The notes below the pieces were generated by a model. That model worked only from the letters and a program-made list of their open reading frames with translations, made no database searches and was not told where the DNA came from. From Chlamydiota bacterium (GTDB lineage Bacteria > Chlamydiota > Chlamydiia > Chlamydiales > JABHNK01), in the NCBI GenBank assembly GCA_051744985.1, contig JBNJDP010000005.1, positions 1-48,633 of the forward strand: DNA of 48,633 nucleotides, given 5' to 3'. Both the position numbers and the translations under genes were made by a program. Of this stretch, positions 31,501 to 40,449 are shown one piece after another; within the stretch, counting starts at the first letter, position 1, and every line of letters begins with the position of its first letter.

Positions 31501-34500
31501 ATTTGGCAAGAAATTTTGAAGTTAGAGAGAGTGTCCGTCAAAGATCATTTTATTAAATTGGGAGGCCATTCGCTTTTAGCAGCTCAAGTAGTGCATAAAA
31601 TTAACCGGCGTTTTCAGCTAGCGTTGCCCTTAAAAGTGATTTTCGAAAAGCCTACTATTGAGCTCTTAGCTCATGAAGTTGCGGATGAGCTTAGCTGTAC
31701 GGCTTCCGAAGGCAAGGCAGGCATCAAGCTATGCCCGCGCTCGGAAATGTTACCTCTTTCATACTCTCAAAACCGTTTATGGTTCCTCGATCAGCTTGAA
31801 GAGCATAGCCCAATCTATAATGTTCCTTATGTGGTAACTATTAAAGGGACTCTTAATGCTGCTAGGCTCGAAAAGGCTATCAATACTGTTGTCGAGCGCC
31901 ATGAGATCTTACGAACATCATTTCCCGCTAAAGATGGAGTACCTTATCAAGATATTGCACCTCGTGCTAACTTTAGATTGCAAACTTCCAATGTTGCCGA
32001 TGAAGCTGAAGCACAGCAAGAGATTCTTAAGAAGGCCCAAAAACCTTTCGATATTACACGCTTACCGCTTTTTAGAGTTGCTTTGGTAGAGGTTAACAGC
32101 CAAAAGAGTTTTATGGCCTGCGCGTTTCACCATATTATCTTTGACGGTAGATCGATAGAGCTCTTTCTTAAAGAGGTTTGTCATATATATAGTGAGAAGG
32201 ATGATGCACAACTTCCACAATTATCGATCCAATATGCTGATTACGCCTACTGGGAGCAACATGGCCATGATAATGAGGCCACGGAGCATAACCTTATCGA
32301 CTGGTGGCAAAAGTCCTTGGCAGGAGCGCCACATTTTCTAAACTTGCCTATCGATCACCCGCGCCCGCCAGTACAAACTTTTCGGGGTGCTCTATGGGAG
32401 TTTTATGTTCCCAATGAAATTTTGCTTCCTTTAAAAGCCTGGGGGCAAACATGTCATGCTTCGACTTTTATGGTATTATTAGCAGCTTTTAAAGTTCTCC
32501 TTTCGCGCTATAGCGGGCAGGATGATATTATCGTAGGGGTCCCTGCCGATGGGCGTCAGCGCCCCGAAGAGGAAAAGTTGCTAGGATGTTTTATCAATAC
32601 ATTGGCTTTTAGAACGAACTTGGGAAGGGAGCCTTCTTTTCAAGAGCTTGTTGAGAGAGTACGTGATTTTGCTCTTCAAGCCTATGCTCATCAGGAGGTG
32701 CCTTTCGAAGAGCTCGTCGACCACTTGCAATTAGAGCGCTCTTTGAGTTACTCGCCACTATTTCAGGTGATGTTTAACATGTTAGCTCCTATAGATCAGG
32801 CAACATTAGGAGGGCTAGATATTTCTGTCGATGAGGTCGACAGGGGGATGGCACATTTTGATCTTAGCTTGTCAGTGCAAGAGACACCTCAAGGTTTGAA
32901 AGCCGTTTTCGAGTATAGTACTGATCTATTTAAGGAAGAGACTATCAAAAGAATGTCCGGCCATTACCTTCATCTGCTAGAAAGTATTATAGATAACCCC
33001 TCTGAGCAGGCTGACCAACTGCCAATGTTGTCGCCTGAGGAGTTGCATACCTGCCTTGAAGAGTGGAACAAGCCTAATATCGATTATGAAGATTATGAGA
33101 TTGTTCATGAGGTTTTTGAGCGGTGCGCAGCTCAAAATCCCGACGCCATTGCTGTAACTTACGAAGGAGAATCGTGGGATTATCGTCACTTGAATGCTAA
33201 GGCCAATATGGTAGCCCACACCTTGCTGGATCGCGGTGTGAAACCGGGGGCGATGATAGCAATTTGTGCAGGGCGAACAGCGGATTTCCTTGCGGGTATT
33301 TTGGGGATTATGAAGGCAGGGTGTGCTTATGTACCCATAGATCACCATGCTCCGCAGGATAAAATTGCTTATATCTTGCAGGATATCAACCCGCCCTTGG
33401 CTCTGACAGTTAGTTCGACGGCAGGGCGTATCACTCCACTAGGAGTGAAAACTATCAATATTGATGGTATTGAAGGGGAAAAAGCCTTTAACCCTCAGCG
33501 AGCAGTTTCTGGAGACTCTTTAGCTTATGTTATCTATACTTCGGGGTCTACAGGAAAACCTAAAGGAGTAGAGATCAGCCATGCTAGCATTTGTGATAGG
33601 GTAGCTTGGAAGGCTGCTCAATATCCTCTTGATAGCGATGATGTGGTCTTACACACTTACTCGTTTATTTTTGATGGATCGATTATTAACTACCTCTGGC
33701 CTTTATGCTACGGCATTCAACTGGTGATCGCCTCTACGGAAGAGCGTTTGGATAGCCATGCTCTCTTGGAACTCATTAATCATTATAGGGTTACAACTGT
33801 AGACCTATTGCCGTCTTTGATTCATGCTATACTTGAAGAGCACGATGTTAACAAATGTGCTTCGTTGAAAACTGTCTTCTCAGGGGGAGAAGCATTGTCA
33901 GGGGAGATTGTTCAGCTTTTCTACCAAAAGCTTCCCCACGCCGAGTTGCATAATACTTACGGCCCCACGGAAGCGACGGTGGAGGCTAGCTTTTGGCCTT
34001 GTGAACGTAGCTTCGATAGCGGGATAGCCCCTATAGGTAGGCCGATGGCCGGGGCTAGGCTATATATTTTGGATGGCAACCTCAATCCCGTGCCAGTGGG
34101 TGTTCCCGGTGAACTCTATATCGGAGGCAAAGGGCTGGCGAGAGCTTATCTCAACCTCCCCGGAATGACGGCGGAAAAATTTGTTCCCGATCCTTTTAAT
34201 TCTGCGCCAGGGGCGAGAATGTATAGAAGTGGCGATATTGTGAAATATCGTTCCGATGGTGTGATAGATTTTATTGGTAGAGGTGATAACCAAGTCAAAG
34301 TTAGTGGGTTTAGGATAGAATTAGGGGAAATCGAAGCTGCTTTAATGCGTCACCCTAAAATTCAAGAAGCCTTGGTGGAAGCTAAGCAACATCCTTCAGG
34401 ACAGAAATTTTTGGCTGCTTACCTTATTCTTGAGGAGAAGCTTGATGAGAGTACGAACTTAACAGAAATGCTCAAAGAAGAGCTGTCGCGTAGTTTGCCG

Positions 34501-35643
34501 GAATATATGATACCAAAGTTTTATACTGTCATGGAAAGCTATCCTACCTTGCTGAACGGTAAAATAGATAGAAAGAGCTTGCCGGAGCCTACCGTCATCG
34601 AAGAGAAAAGTGGTGAAATTGTTCCTCCAGAAGGTGAGCGTGAGGAGCGCTTGTTAGAAATGTGGTGCGAGATCCTACAGCTTGATACTATTGGGGTAAC
34701 GAGTAACTTCTTCGATTTTGGAGGTAACTCCTTATTGGCAGTGCGCCTGATAGCGCGGATACGTCATGCTTTTCAAGTTTCGCTGCCTTTGGCGAGCTTA
34801 TTTCAGCATTCTGCCGTTAGGACTTTGTCTCATGCTATTAACGAAATTAAGCATGGTGTTGACTGGTCGCCGCTAGTGCCCATTCAGTCTAAAGGTAATA
34901 AGACTCCGGTCTTCTGTATCCATCCTATCGGAGGCAATGTTTTGTGCTACCAGCCTCTTGCAGCATCTATAGGCCAGGAACATCCTTTTTATGGCCTTCA
35001 AGCTCGTGGGTTTGAGGAGGGACAGGAACCTTATAGTTCTATAGAATCTATGGCAGCGGAATACGTTAAGGAGATATGCTTAGCATACCCTCAAGGTCCA
35101 TATTTTGTTGGGGGATGGAGCTTTGGCGGGTTAGTAGCTATAGAGGTTGCTAGGCAGTTGCACGATGCAGGTTACCCTGTGGGAAGGGTTTTTCTGTTAG
35201 ATGCTTCTTCCAATCTCTCAGCTATTAAAGCTATGGATTTGGATGATGAAGCAGCTTTTGTTAAAGATCTCGCTCATCAGTTTGGTGTGGAGGTTGATGA
35301 TATCGAAGAAGGCCATGTCGATGATGTGTTGGCAAACTTTATCGAGAATGGCTTGAAAAATCCGACGGATTCATCAGATGAATATACCTCTAGGCTAGCG
35401 GCTGTAGCTAAAGCTCATTACCGTGCTTTGAAGTATTATGATATTCCAGCGCTCGACGTTCCTGTTACTCTGATTAAAGCTGAGGATAATCCTGAAAAGG
35501 CATTGGATTTAGGTTGGCAAGAGTTTGTGAGCAACCTTAACATACATGAAATCCCTGGAGATCATTGGACAATCTTCGAGCAGCCCAACCTGGCGACTTT
35601 GAGCGCTATAATAAAAGATCTAGGGGTAAGTTGTGAAAGTTGA
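28579..35643 (+). CDS. two-module nonribosomal peptide synthetase, C-A-T-C-A-T-TE
   Basis: C1 HHIALD (28987), A1 YTSGSTGQPKG/YGPTE, T1 GGHSL (Ser 31570), C2 HHIIFDG (32128), A2 YTSGSTGKPKG/YGPTE, T2 GGNSL (Ser 34729), TE GWSFG (35119) with His in GDH; AAGGAG RBS. Confidence 0.97.
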   Translation: MKNAPENDSLLPLTGEQYPLWQESQLYPDDYSYHFNFVAQLNHKISSARLQGTIRIIAEQRPFLRTLFKEVEGVPKREYQNSDSLELKIVECSNQEAVKQLAESAYQEPFDLLQELPARFILYKTSDGNNYLQVIIHHIALDLAGYIDLIPKIFEVYSENLDEAPAPSKDDDFALQQQQYLASEKGKEDLNYWKEYLSGELQPPLLPLHNSHSEYHSGVLYRELDADLEARLKKTAKALHATFFSLQIAAFQAFLHRYTGQPEVISGIPIQVVRSKASLSSIGYSVNTLPIRNSFMETRPFSSLVVAVSADLKRAVEHCRMPFQMIKEACPDASFQTMIVSQRSRNYHQLIDFGVAKAGVKMKLGDIELESIGMGHFPVGRTGLTLAVVETSQGYYLSYHFNALLYSYEEIERLQKNFQTFLYSIADNPHKQVSELSLLSPSEYQQVVCDFNDTAVDFDLQRNFIDFFERQCQQTPHGIAAEYQGEKISYQELKAKVDKYAYLLQQEGITRGSLVALCLDRGIDFIIAMVSVMKSGAAYLPLDHKQPAERLNYILENSKANLLVTTDEYKAIFKDYAGKVLEYSSCLNDWDDANDFHPSQEPNPDDLAYVIYTSGSTGQPKGVEVGNRALSNFLQAMQTFFQVGPANRWLAVTTVSFDIFNMEILLPLMTGATVVIADSATTVDPVALSQSIEDYKINIMQATPATWRLLVDGGWEGKNDLKILSGGEALPHSLAEALRCRCLELWNLYGPTETTIWSAVRKIENVDEKLNTAYPIANTTCYVLDNNLNPLPLGVLGELYIGGIGLAEGYRHRPDLTAERFIESPFDNALSSKLYKTGDIARYLPSGRLQFLGRADFQVKIRGFRIELGEIEAALTSHQEVTNAVVDVDDDPEVGKRLIAYYTGSVDKAEVNNLLEERLPAYMIPSAYIALESMPLTHNGKIDRKKLPKPKAADLTALSEMVVPRNEIEESLAEIWQEILKLERVSVKDHFIKLGGHSLLAAQVVHKINRRFQLALPLKVIFEKPTIELLAHEVADELSCTASEGKAGIKLCPRSEMLPLSYSQNRLWFLDQLEEHSPIYNVPYVVTIKGTLNAARLEKAINTVVERHEILRTSFPAKDGVPYQDIAPRANFRLQTSNVADEAEAQQEILKKAQKPFDITRLPLFRVALVEVNSQKSFMACAFHHIIFDGRSIELFLKEVCHIYSEKDDAQLPQLSIQYADYAYWEQHGHDNEATEHNLIDWWQKSLAGAPHFLNLPIDHPRPPVQTFRGALWEFYVPNEILLPLKAWGQTCHASTFMVLLAAFKVLLSRYSGQDDIIVGVPADGRQRPEEEKLLGCFINTLAFRTNLGREPSFQELVERVRDFALQAYAHQEVPFEELVDHLQLERSLSYSPLFQVMFNMLAPIDQATLGGLDISVDEVDRGMAHFDLSLSVQETPQGLKAVFEYSTDLFKEETIKRMSGHYLHLLESIIDNPSEQADQLPMLSPEELHTCLEEWNKPNIDYEDYEIVHEVFERCAAQNPDAIAVTYEGESWDYRHLNAKANMVAHTLLDRGVKPGAMIAICAGRTADFLAGILGIMKAGCAYVPIDHHAPQDKIAYILQDINPPLALTVSSTAGRITPLGVKTINIDGIEGEKAFNPQRAVSGDSLAYVIYTSGSTGKPKGVEISHASICDRVAWKAAQYPLDSDDVVLHTYSFIFDGSIINYLWPLCYGIQLVIASTEERLDSHALLELINHYRVTTVDLLPSLIHAILEEHDVNKCASLKTVFSGGEALSGEIVQLFYQKLPHAELHNTYGPTEATVEASFWPCERSFDSGIAPIGRPMAGARLYILDGNLNPVPVGVPGELYIGGKGLARAYLNLPGMTAEKFVPDPFNSAPGARMYRSGDIVKYRSDGVIDFIGRGDNQVKVSGFRIELGEIEAALMRHPKIQEALVEAKQHPSGQKFLAAYLILEEKLDESTNLTEMLKEELSRSLPEYMIPKFYTVMESYPTLLNGKIDRKSLPEPTVIEEKSGEIVPPEGEREERLLEMWCEILQLDTIGVTSNFFDFGGNSLLAVRLIARIRHAFQVSLPLASLFQHSAVRTLSHAINEIKHGVDWSPLVPIQSKGNKTPVFCIHPIGGNVLCYQPLAASIGQEHPFYGLQARGFEEGQEPYSSIESMAAEYVKEICLAYPQGPYFVGGWSFGGLVAIEVARQLHDAGYPVGRVFLLDASSNLSAIKAMDLDDEAAFVKDLAHQFGVEVDDIEEGHVDDVLANFIENGLKNPTDSSDEYTSRLAAVAKAHYRALKYYDIPALDVPVTLIKAEDNPEKALDLGWQEFVSNLNIHEIPGDHWTIFEQPNLATLSAIIKDLGVSCES

Positions 35644-36379
35644 TAGCTGTTGGAGATTATGGTCGCCAGGCAAGACACTCACCCGGGATGCTATCCAGGT
35701 ATGGTTGGTGGATTTTTCCAATCAAAAATTAAAAGCTTGCTTAGAAGATTTCAGGGCCACACTTTCTAAAGAAGAGAAAGCGCGTGCCGATGGGTTTAAG
35801 GAACGATATTACGGTGAACGTTATACTCTTGCTCATGGTGTGCTTCGTAAGCTTTTAGCCTACCAGCTTGGAAGGGATCCTAGTGAGGTGTGTTATTATT
35901 ATAATCACTATGGTAAGCCGGGGTTAGTGGGAGATTCAATATATTTTAATATCTCTTATTCCAACAATTTGGCGCTCTTGGCGTTCTCTACTGAAACACA
36001 AGTCGGCGTAGATATTACTAGGGTAGAATCTTTCACTGAGGTCGAAGGGTTGATAAGCTGCTGTTTTTCTCATGAAGAAAAACAAGAGATAAAAACTTTG
36101 ACATCTCAAGCAAGGACAGAATCTTTCTTTAGGAGATGGGCCGCTAAGGAGTCGATTGTTAAAGCTTTAGGGGTTGGACTTTTTTGGCCTTTAGATGAGC
36201 TGACGGTATTTTGGGATTCGGAACAAGCTAATGAGGTTATAGCAGCACCTCGTGAAGTTAAGGATAATTTTCAGTGCCTAGCATTGCCAGAGATTTCTGG
36301 TTATCAGGCTAGGCTGACTGTTAAGTTAAGCGAGGATTTTAAAGATGTTGAGCTGATGACTTTGCTATACAGCCCATAA
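35633..36379 (+). CDS. Sfp-type 4'-phosphopantetheinyl transferase
   Basis: YGKP, FNISYS, VGVD, FFRRWAAKESIVKALG; overlaps the NRPS end by 11 nt. Confidence 0.92.
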   Translation: MKVDSCWRLWSPGKTLTRDAIQVWLVDFSNQKLKACLEDFRATLSKEEKARADGFKERYYGERYTLAHGVLRKLLAYQLGRDPSEVCYYYNHYGKPGLVGDSIYFNISYSNNLALLAFSTETQVGVDITRVESFTEVEGLISCCFSHEEKQEIKTLTSQARTESFFRRWAAKESIVKALGVGLFWPLDELTVFWDSEQANEVIAAPREVKDNFQCLALPEISGYQARLTVKLSEDFKDVELMTLLYSP

Positions 36380-36392
36380 GCATAATAAAAAA

Positions 36393-38054
36393 TTATTGTG
36401 TGGCGATAAAAAGTAAGCCTGCTAAGGCATACTTGTTTTTGGGGTTCCCATTAACGATAGCTTCCATTAACATTTGGACGCCTTCTCGAGTATGGGATTC
36501 CGCAAGGGTTTGATAAGAGTTTATCAAGAGCTGTGAAGTTTCCTTGGGGGTTAGCTGATGATGAGTACGGGAGTGATCCCAATTTCTGGGTACCATGCTG
36601 CGGAATTCTATCAGCGCTTGATCTTGCTGTTTATTGAGCCACTTTTGTAGCTGATTTTCGTAAAATTCATCTCCCGTAAGTCGGTAAAGAGCAAGGTTGC
36701 AATAGTTTCTTATCAGGGGGTTGCCTAAATGCTGGTGATGTTTTTCGAGAAGAGCGACAGCTTTAGGGGTTTGCATATTCTCTAGAAGACTCACCGTAGC
36801 AGGTATTAAGTCATTCTGTTCATTACTAAAGATTGTTTCCGCTAGCGTAATAAAATTATCACCAGGGAGGTTAAAAGCTTCGGTAAGAATTTTCTCTTTG
36901 GTAGTTAGCGATATTTCTTCTATGATAGCATTGTCATGAGGCTTGGAAGTAGTAGCGTAAACTGTTTTGATAGCCGACAGAACTTTTCCCGTCGAAGTTG
37001 TCGGAACTACAGCCAACCCTTGCTTATTGCATAATAAGAGTTCGCCTATCACCTCTACACACCGAGGATCGCGGTGCTGCAATAAAGCGCAAGCAGCATT
37101 ATAGCTAATTTGCAGATCCTTGTGATGGATAAGCGATGCAAGCTCTTCTTGGGTGCCTTCGATTTCACCCAAAGCATAGATGGCAAAAAGATTATGAGGT
37201 ATCAGCTTAAGAATAGTTTGGTAACCTTGGTGGTCACCTTGGCGGTATAGAGCTAATGCTGCTGCGATCTTAATATCGTCGAGTGATGATGTCAGACCTT
37301 TTTTTAATAAAGGTAAAGATTTAGTGTCATCAAATACTCCTAATGCCCAGAGGCTAGCTTCTTTTTGAGAAGCACTAGGCTGGCTCGCTAGGCGCCGAAT
37401 ATATGGTAATAAAGTGTCGATTTTATAATTGGCGACGCTAGTGATAGCTGCATTACGAACCATAGGGTCGGCGTCGTTGAGGAATCTTGCTAAGAGCTTA
37501 ATAGCCGTAGGGCTTCCATGGCGTGCGAGAAGTTCAGGAAAGACTACTTGAACCGAATGAGGTACTTTAACCATTAAAGCCTCGATTTGGGAAAGAGTCT
37601 CGGGCAGGCGCTTGGGAGCTAGATAGTACAGGGCTTCTAACCTTAAGAGCAGGAAATCCGAGCTCAAAGCTTTTTGAAGGATACGGTCGGCTTGACTATT
37701 TTGCTGCTGGCTTAGAAAATGGATAGCCGCCAGTTGTACCTGAGGGTTAGGGTAATCCAAGCCTTTCTCGAGAATAGGCAAAGCTGCTCGGTCATTGATG
37801 ATCCCAGCACCGTAGACAGTTAACAGGAGGTCTTCATGATTGTTACTCATCGAGCCTTGCTCTAAGATCATGAGGGCCATTTTACGCAAAACATCATAAT
37901 CGGGAGCATGAGAGTTATAAAGCTCCAAGGCTTGATCGAGATTATTTTCATGAACAAGATATAGTATGCGACTCTCCAAGTAATCGGCAGGCAGAACTGT
38001 GGCGGTCGTTAAGCTTAGGATTGTTAATGCTTTTGCTAGGCGAGGTAGTCCCAT
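36393..38054 (-). CDS. HEAT-repeat protein, probably exported
   Basis: signal-like N-terminus; repeated helical units (PQVQLAAIHFL, PMVRNAAITSV, DDIKIAAALAL); overlaps maf. Confidence 0.82.
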   Translation of the reverse strand: MGLPRLAKALTILSLTTATVLPADYLESRILYLVHENNLDQALELYNSHAPDYDVLRKMALMILEQGSMSNNHEDLLLTVYGAGIINDRAALPILEKGLDYPNPQVQLAAIHFLSQQQNSQADRILQKALSSDFLLLRLEALYYLAPKRLPETLSQIEALMVKVPHSVQVVFPELLARHGSPTAIKLLARFLNDADPMVRNAAITSVANYKIDTLLPYIRRLASQPSASQKEASLWALGVFDDTKSLPLLKKGLTSSLDDIKIAAALALYRQGDHQGYQTILKLIPHNLFAIYALGEIEGTQEELASLIHHKDLQISYNAACALLQHRDPRCVEVIGELLLCNKQGLAVVPTTSTGKVLSAIKTVYATTSKPHDNAIIEEISLTTKEKILTEAFNLPGDNFITLAETIFSNEQNDLIPATVSLLENMQTPKAVALLEKHHQHLGNPLIRNYCNLALYRLTGDEFYENQLQKWLNKQQDQALIEFRSMVPRNWDHSRTHHQLTPKETSQLLINSYQTLAESHTREGVQMLMEAIVNGNPKNKYALAGLLFIATQ

Positions 38055-38623
38055 AAATCAATGCCCATGATTGCTAATAACTTTTGGGTGGTGTTGATGG
38101 GCATCCCCATCACATTATAGAAGCAGCCGTCAATTTTTTTGACAATGATGCTGCCAGATTGCTGTACGGCATAGCCCCCCGCTTTATCATCACAGTGGAG
38201 TTGTTGATGATAGAGACGTAGCTTATCAGGGGAAGGGGAGTGAAAGAGAACTTTGGTCTCTTCGCTGTCGCTATACTCTTCGTCGCCGCAACGTACTGTT
38301 AGTCCGGTAAAGACGCTTTGCCAGTTGCCGGCAAGGTCGCATAGAATACGAAAAGCATCTTCGGAATCTTTAGGTTTAGTATAAATTTTGCCGTGGCAGT
38401 AGACGATAGTATCAGCGGTAAGTATGATGTCATCAGGATATTTTGCCGCCAAAGACGCTGCTTTGCCACTGGAAAGCTGGCATACATAGTCGTGAGGATT
38501 GTTATTGAAAATAACAGAATCTTCGTCGAAGTTGGGAGAGGCGACCTCAAAGGGTACCGAAAAGTAGCCTAGAATCTCACGGCGGCGAGGAGATTGTGAC
38601 CCTAAGATAAGTTTTTTGTTCAT
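38036..38623 (-). CDS. maf: Maf-family nucleotide pyrophosphatase
   Basis: LILGSQSPRRREIL, ADTIV, KP, KAGGY, NVMGMP. Confidence 0.94.
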   Translation of the reverse strand: MNKKLILGSQSPRRREILGYFSVPFEVASPNFDEDSVIFNNNPHDYVCQLSSGKAASLAAKYPDDIILTADTIVYCHGKIYTKPKDSEDAFRILCDLAGNWQSVFTGLTVRCGDEEYSDSEETKVLFHSPSPDKLRLYHQQLHCDDKAGGYAVQQSGSIIVKKIDGCFYNVMGMPINTTQKLLAIMGIDLWDYLA

Positions 38624-38919
38624 GAGATAAATACCTGTGGGAAGATTTTTATTGGAATAGCTTCAGGAGTAATTTCTGGACAGTCACCTTTAAGCTGGCG
38701 GCGCAGGGTCCTTTCTTGTTCCTTGACGGTATCTAAAGAAGGTTGCTCTTCAGCTACAAAAAATCCCAGAAATTGATTCCCTTGGTGGGTAATGACTTTT
38801 AAGGAGGTGGAGAATTGGGCTTCTTGCCAGGCAGTACTATGTTGTAAGGTATAGCTGCGCTCAGGAGTGAGTTTTACCCCTATAAAGAATTTAACGGGAA
38901 GGTGATTGTTGTCAGTCAT
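38620..38919 (-). CDS. hypothetical protein
   Basis: 99-aa ORF with ATGA overlap onto the maf start. Confidence 0.65.
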   Translation of the reverse strand: MTDNNHLPVKFFIGVKLTPERSYTLQHSTAWQEAQFSTSLKVITHQGNQFLGFFVAEEQPSLDTVKEQERTLRRQLKGDCPEITPEAIPIKIFPQVFIS

Positions 38920-38959
38920 AATTTATCCATATTAGAGTGCCAAGGTATCATAATGAGGC

Positions 38960-40441
38960 TTAATTGCCAAGGACCTTGAGGCTGTCAAAGTCTAGCAAAT
39001 GAGAGAATCCCCAGTCAACGATGATGATTGTTAAGCTTCCAAGAACTACAGCTTTAGTGATAACCTTAGGGACATCGCGGGGCTGTAGATGATGATCCTT
39101 GCTGCCGCAAATCTCGGCGGTAACCATGGTGATGATAATATAGGCGAGGCTGCGATAGACATTAATAACAGGCAACCACTGCCAAAAGTTTTTAGGAGGA
39201 AAAAGATTTTTATGGATCGAAGTCCAATATGCTGAGGCGTCGGGGAAAAAGTTGTAAGGAGCACCTATCCCTACGATTTGCCCAATCATAAGGGCAAAGG
39301 CCGTCCCTACAGCTGTTAAGATAGGTGCTGCTATCAAGGCTGCGATCATGCTGGGAAGCAAAGCCCAGCGGCGGGGGCTGATGCCCAGAGTTCTAAGAAG
39401 GTCATTTTGTTTGGTAGCTTCCATAGTAGCGACCTTTCCGGCATAACTGCCGCCTATGCGCCCTGCCAGTAAAAGAGCTGTTAAAAGGGGGCCGATTTCT
39501 ATGACGAATAGGTTGGCGATACCATAACTAAAAAGGTGCTGCTTGATGGAGGGAATGAATGCAGCGGACATCTTGCTAGCTTCCTTGTATACTATATGAC
39601 CAAAAATCGAAGGGTGTTTCTTTAAGATCACTTTTAACAAGCTAGTGACATCGACTTCATTGAGCAGTTGCGAGAAGAGGATATTGATAGCAAAACCCGC
39701 GGCTAAAAAGGCCAATATTATCAGAGGCAAAGAATATAGTAAGTAATCGGTGATGGCGCTAAAGGTGCGCTGATAAAATTTCCAGCCTTCACCTGTAGCT
39801 GAAAGGGGAGTAGCATAATTTTTGTGGCTGGCAGCGACTAAATCGATACTACGGGAAGAGAGCTGGGAAGCATATTGTTCCTGGTGCGAGATAATAATAA
39901 ATGATAGCCCTTGATCTAGCAGCTTTTGAAGCGTCTTGACAATCTCTCTGGCTGTTAGAGGGTCAAGACCTACAAAAGGTTCATCAAGGATTACTAGGCG
40001 CTTTTTTTGAGCCAAAATTTGTGCTAATGCTGCTCGACGTAGCATTCCTCCGCTGAGTTGCCCCGGCATCATAGGAAGAACATCAGAGGTGAGGTTGACG
40101 GCTTTTATAAGCTCATCAATTTTATCGGACGTTATCGGCTGATTGGCGGCTTTAAGGCCTAGGGTTATATTTTCTTTGACGTTTAGGGTGTCGATAAGGA
40201 CTCCCTGCTGAAAGAACATCCCCGCTCGCTCTTGAGGGTTTAAGGTCTTATCCCAGCACATCTTGACGTCGGCACCGCGAAGATATTGCATCCCCGTGAT
40301 ATGGTTGGCGATGGAGCTTTTTCCTATGCCTGAGGGGCCTCGCAGCCATAAAGCTTCTCCGTAGTCGAGACTGATCTCGATATTAGGGTTGCCGAAGGGG
40401 CAGGAAGCATCTTTTCTATGGAGCGAGGCCTCTAATAACAT
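38960..40441 (-). CDS. ABC ATPase (MlaF-like) fused to an MlaE-type permease
   Basis: Walker A GPSGIGKS, Q-loop, LSGGM, Walker B ILDEP, H-switch ISHQ; C-terminal EIGPLLTALLLAGRIGG...LRTLGISP MlaE signature. Confidence 0.85.
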   Translation of the reverse strand: MLLEASLHRKDASCPFGNPNIEISLDYGEALWLRGPSGIGKSSIANHITGMQYLRGADVKMCWDKTLNPQERAGMFFQQGVLIDTLNVKENITLGLKAANQPITSDKIDELIKAVNLTSDVLPMMPGQLSGGMLRRAALAQILAQKKRLVILDEPFVGLDPLTAREIVKTLQKLLDQGLSFIIISHQEQYASQLSSRSIDLVAASHKNYATPLSATGEGWKFYQRTFSAITDYLLYSLPLIILAFLAAGFAINILFSQLLNEVDVTSLLKVILKKHPSIFGHIVYKEASKMSAAFIPSIKQHLFSYGIANLFVIEIGPLLTALLLAGRIGGSYAGKVATMEATKQNDLLRTLGISPRRWALLPSMIAALIAAPILTAVGTAFALMIGQIVGIGAPYNFFPDASAYWTSIHKNLFPPKNFWQWLPVINVYRSLAYIIITMVTAEICGSKDHHLQPRDVPKVITKAVVLGSLTIIIVDWGFSHLLDFDSLKVLGN

Positions 40442-40449
40442 TATTGCTC

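Noticed and set aside
30400-34340. Similar sequences within the NRPS as a repeat or recent duplication
   Set aside because: These are conserved A-domain core motifs; the two modules are otherwise divergent
22163-36392. att-like direct repeats bounding the accessory block
   Set aside because: Only a 7-bp cccataa match near both ends, expected by chance in AT-rich DNA; no integrase or tRNA
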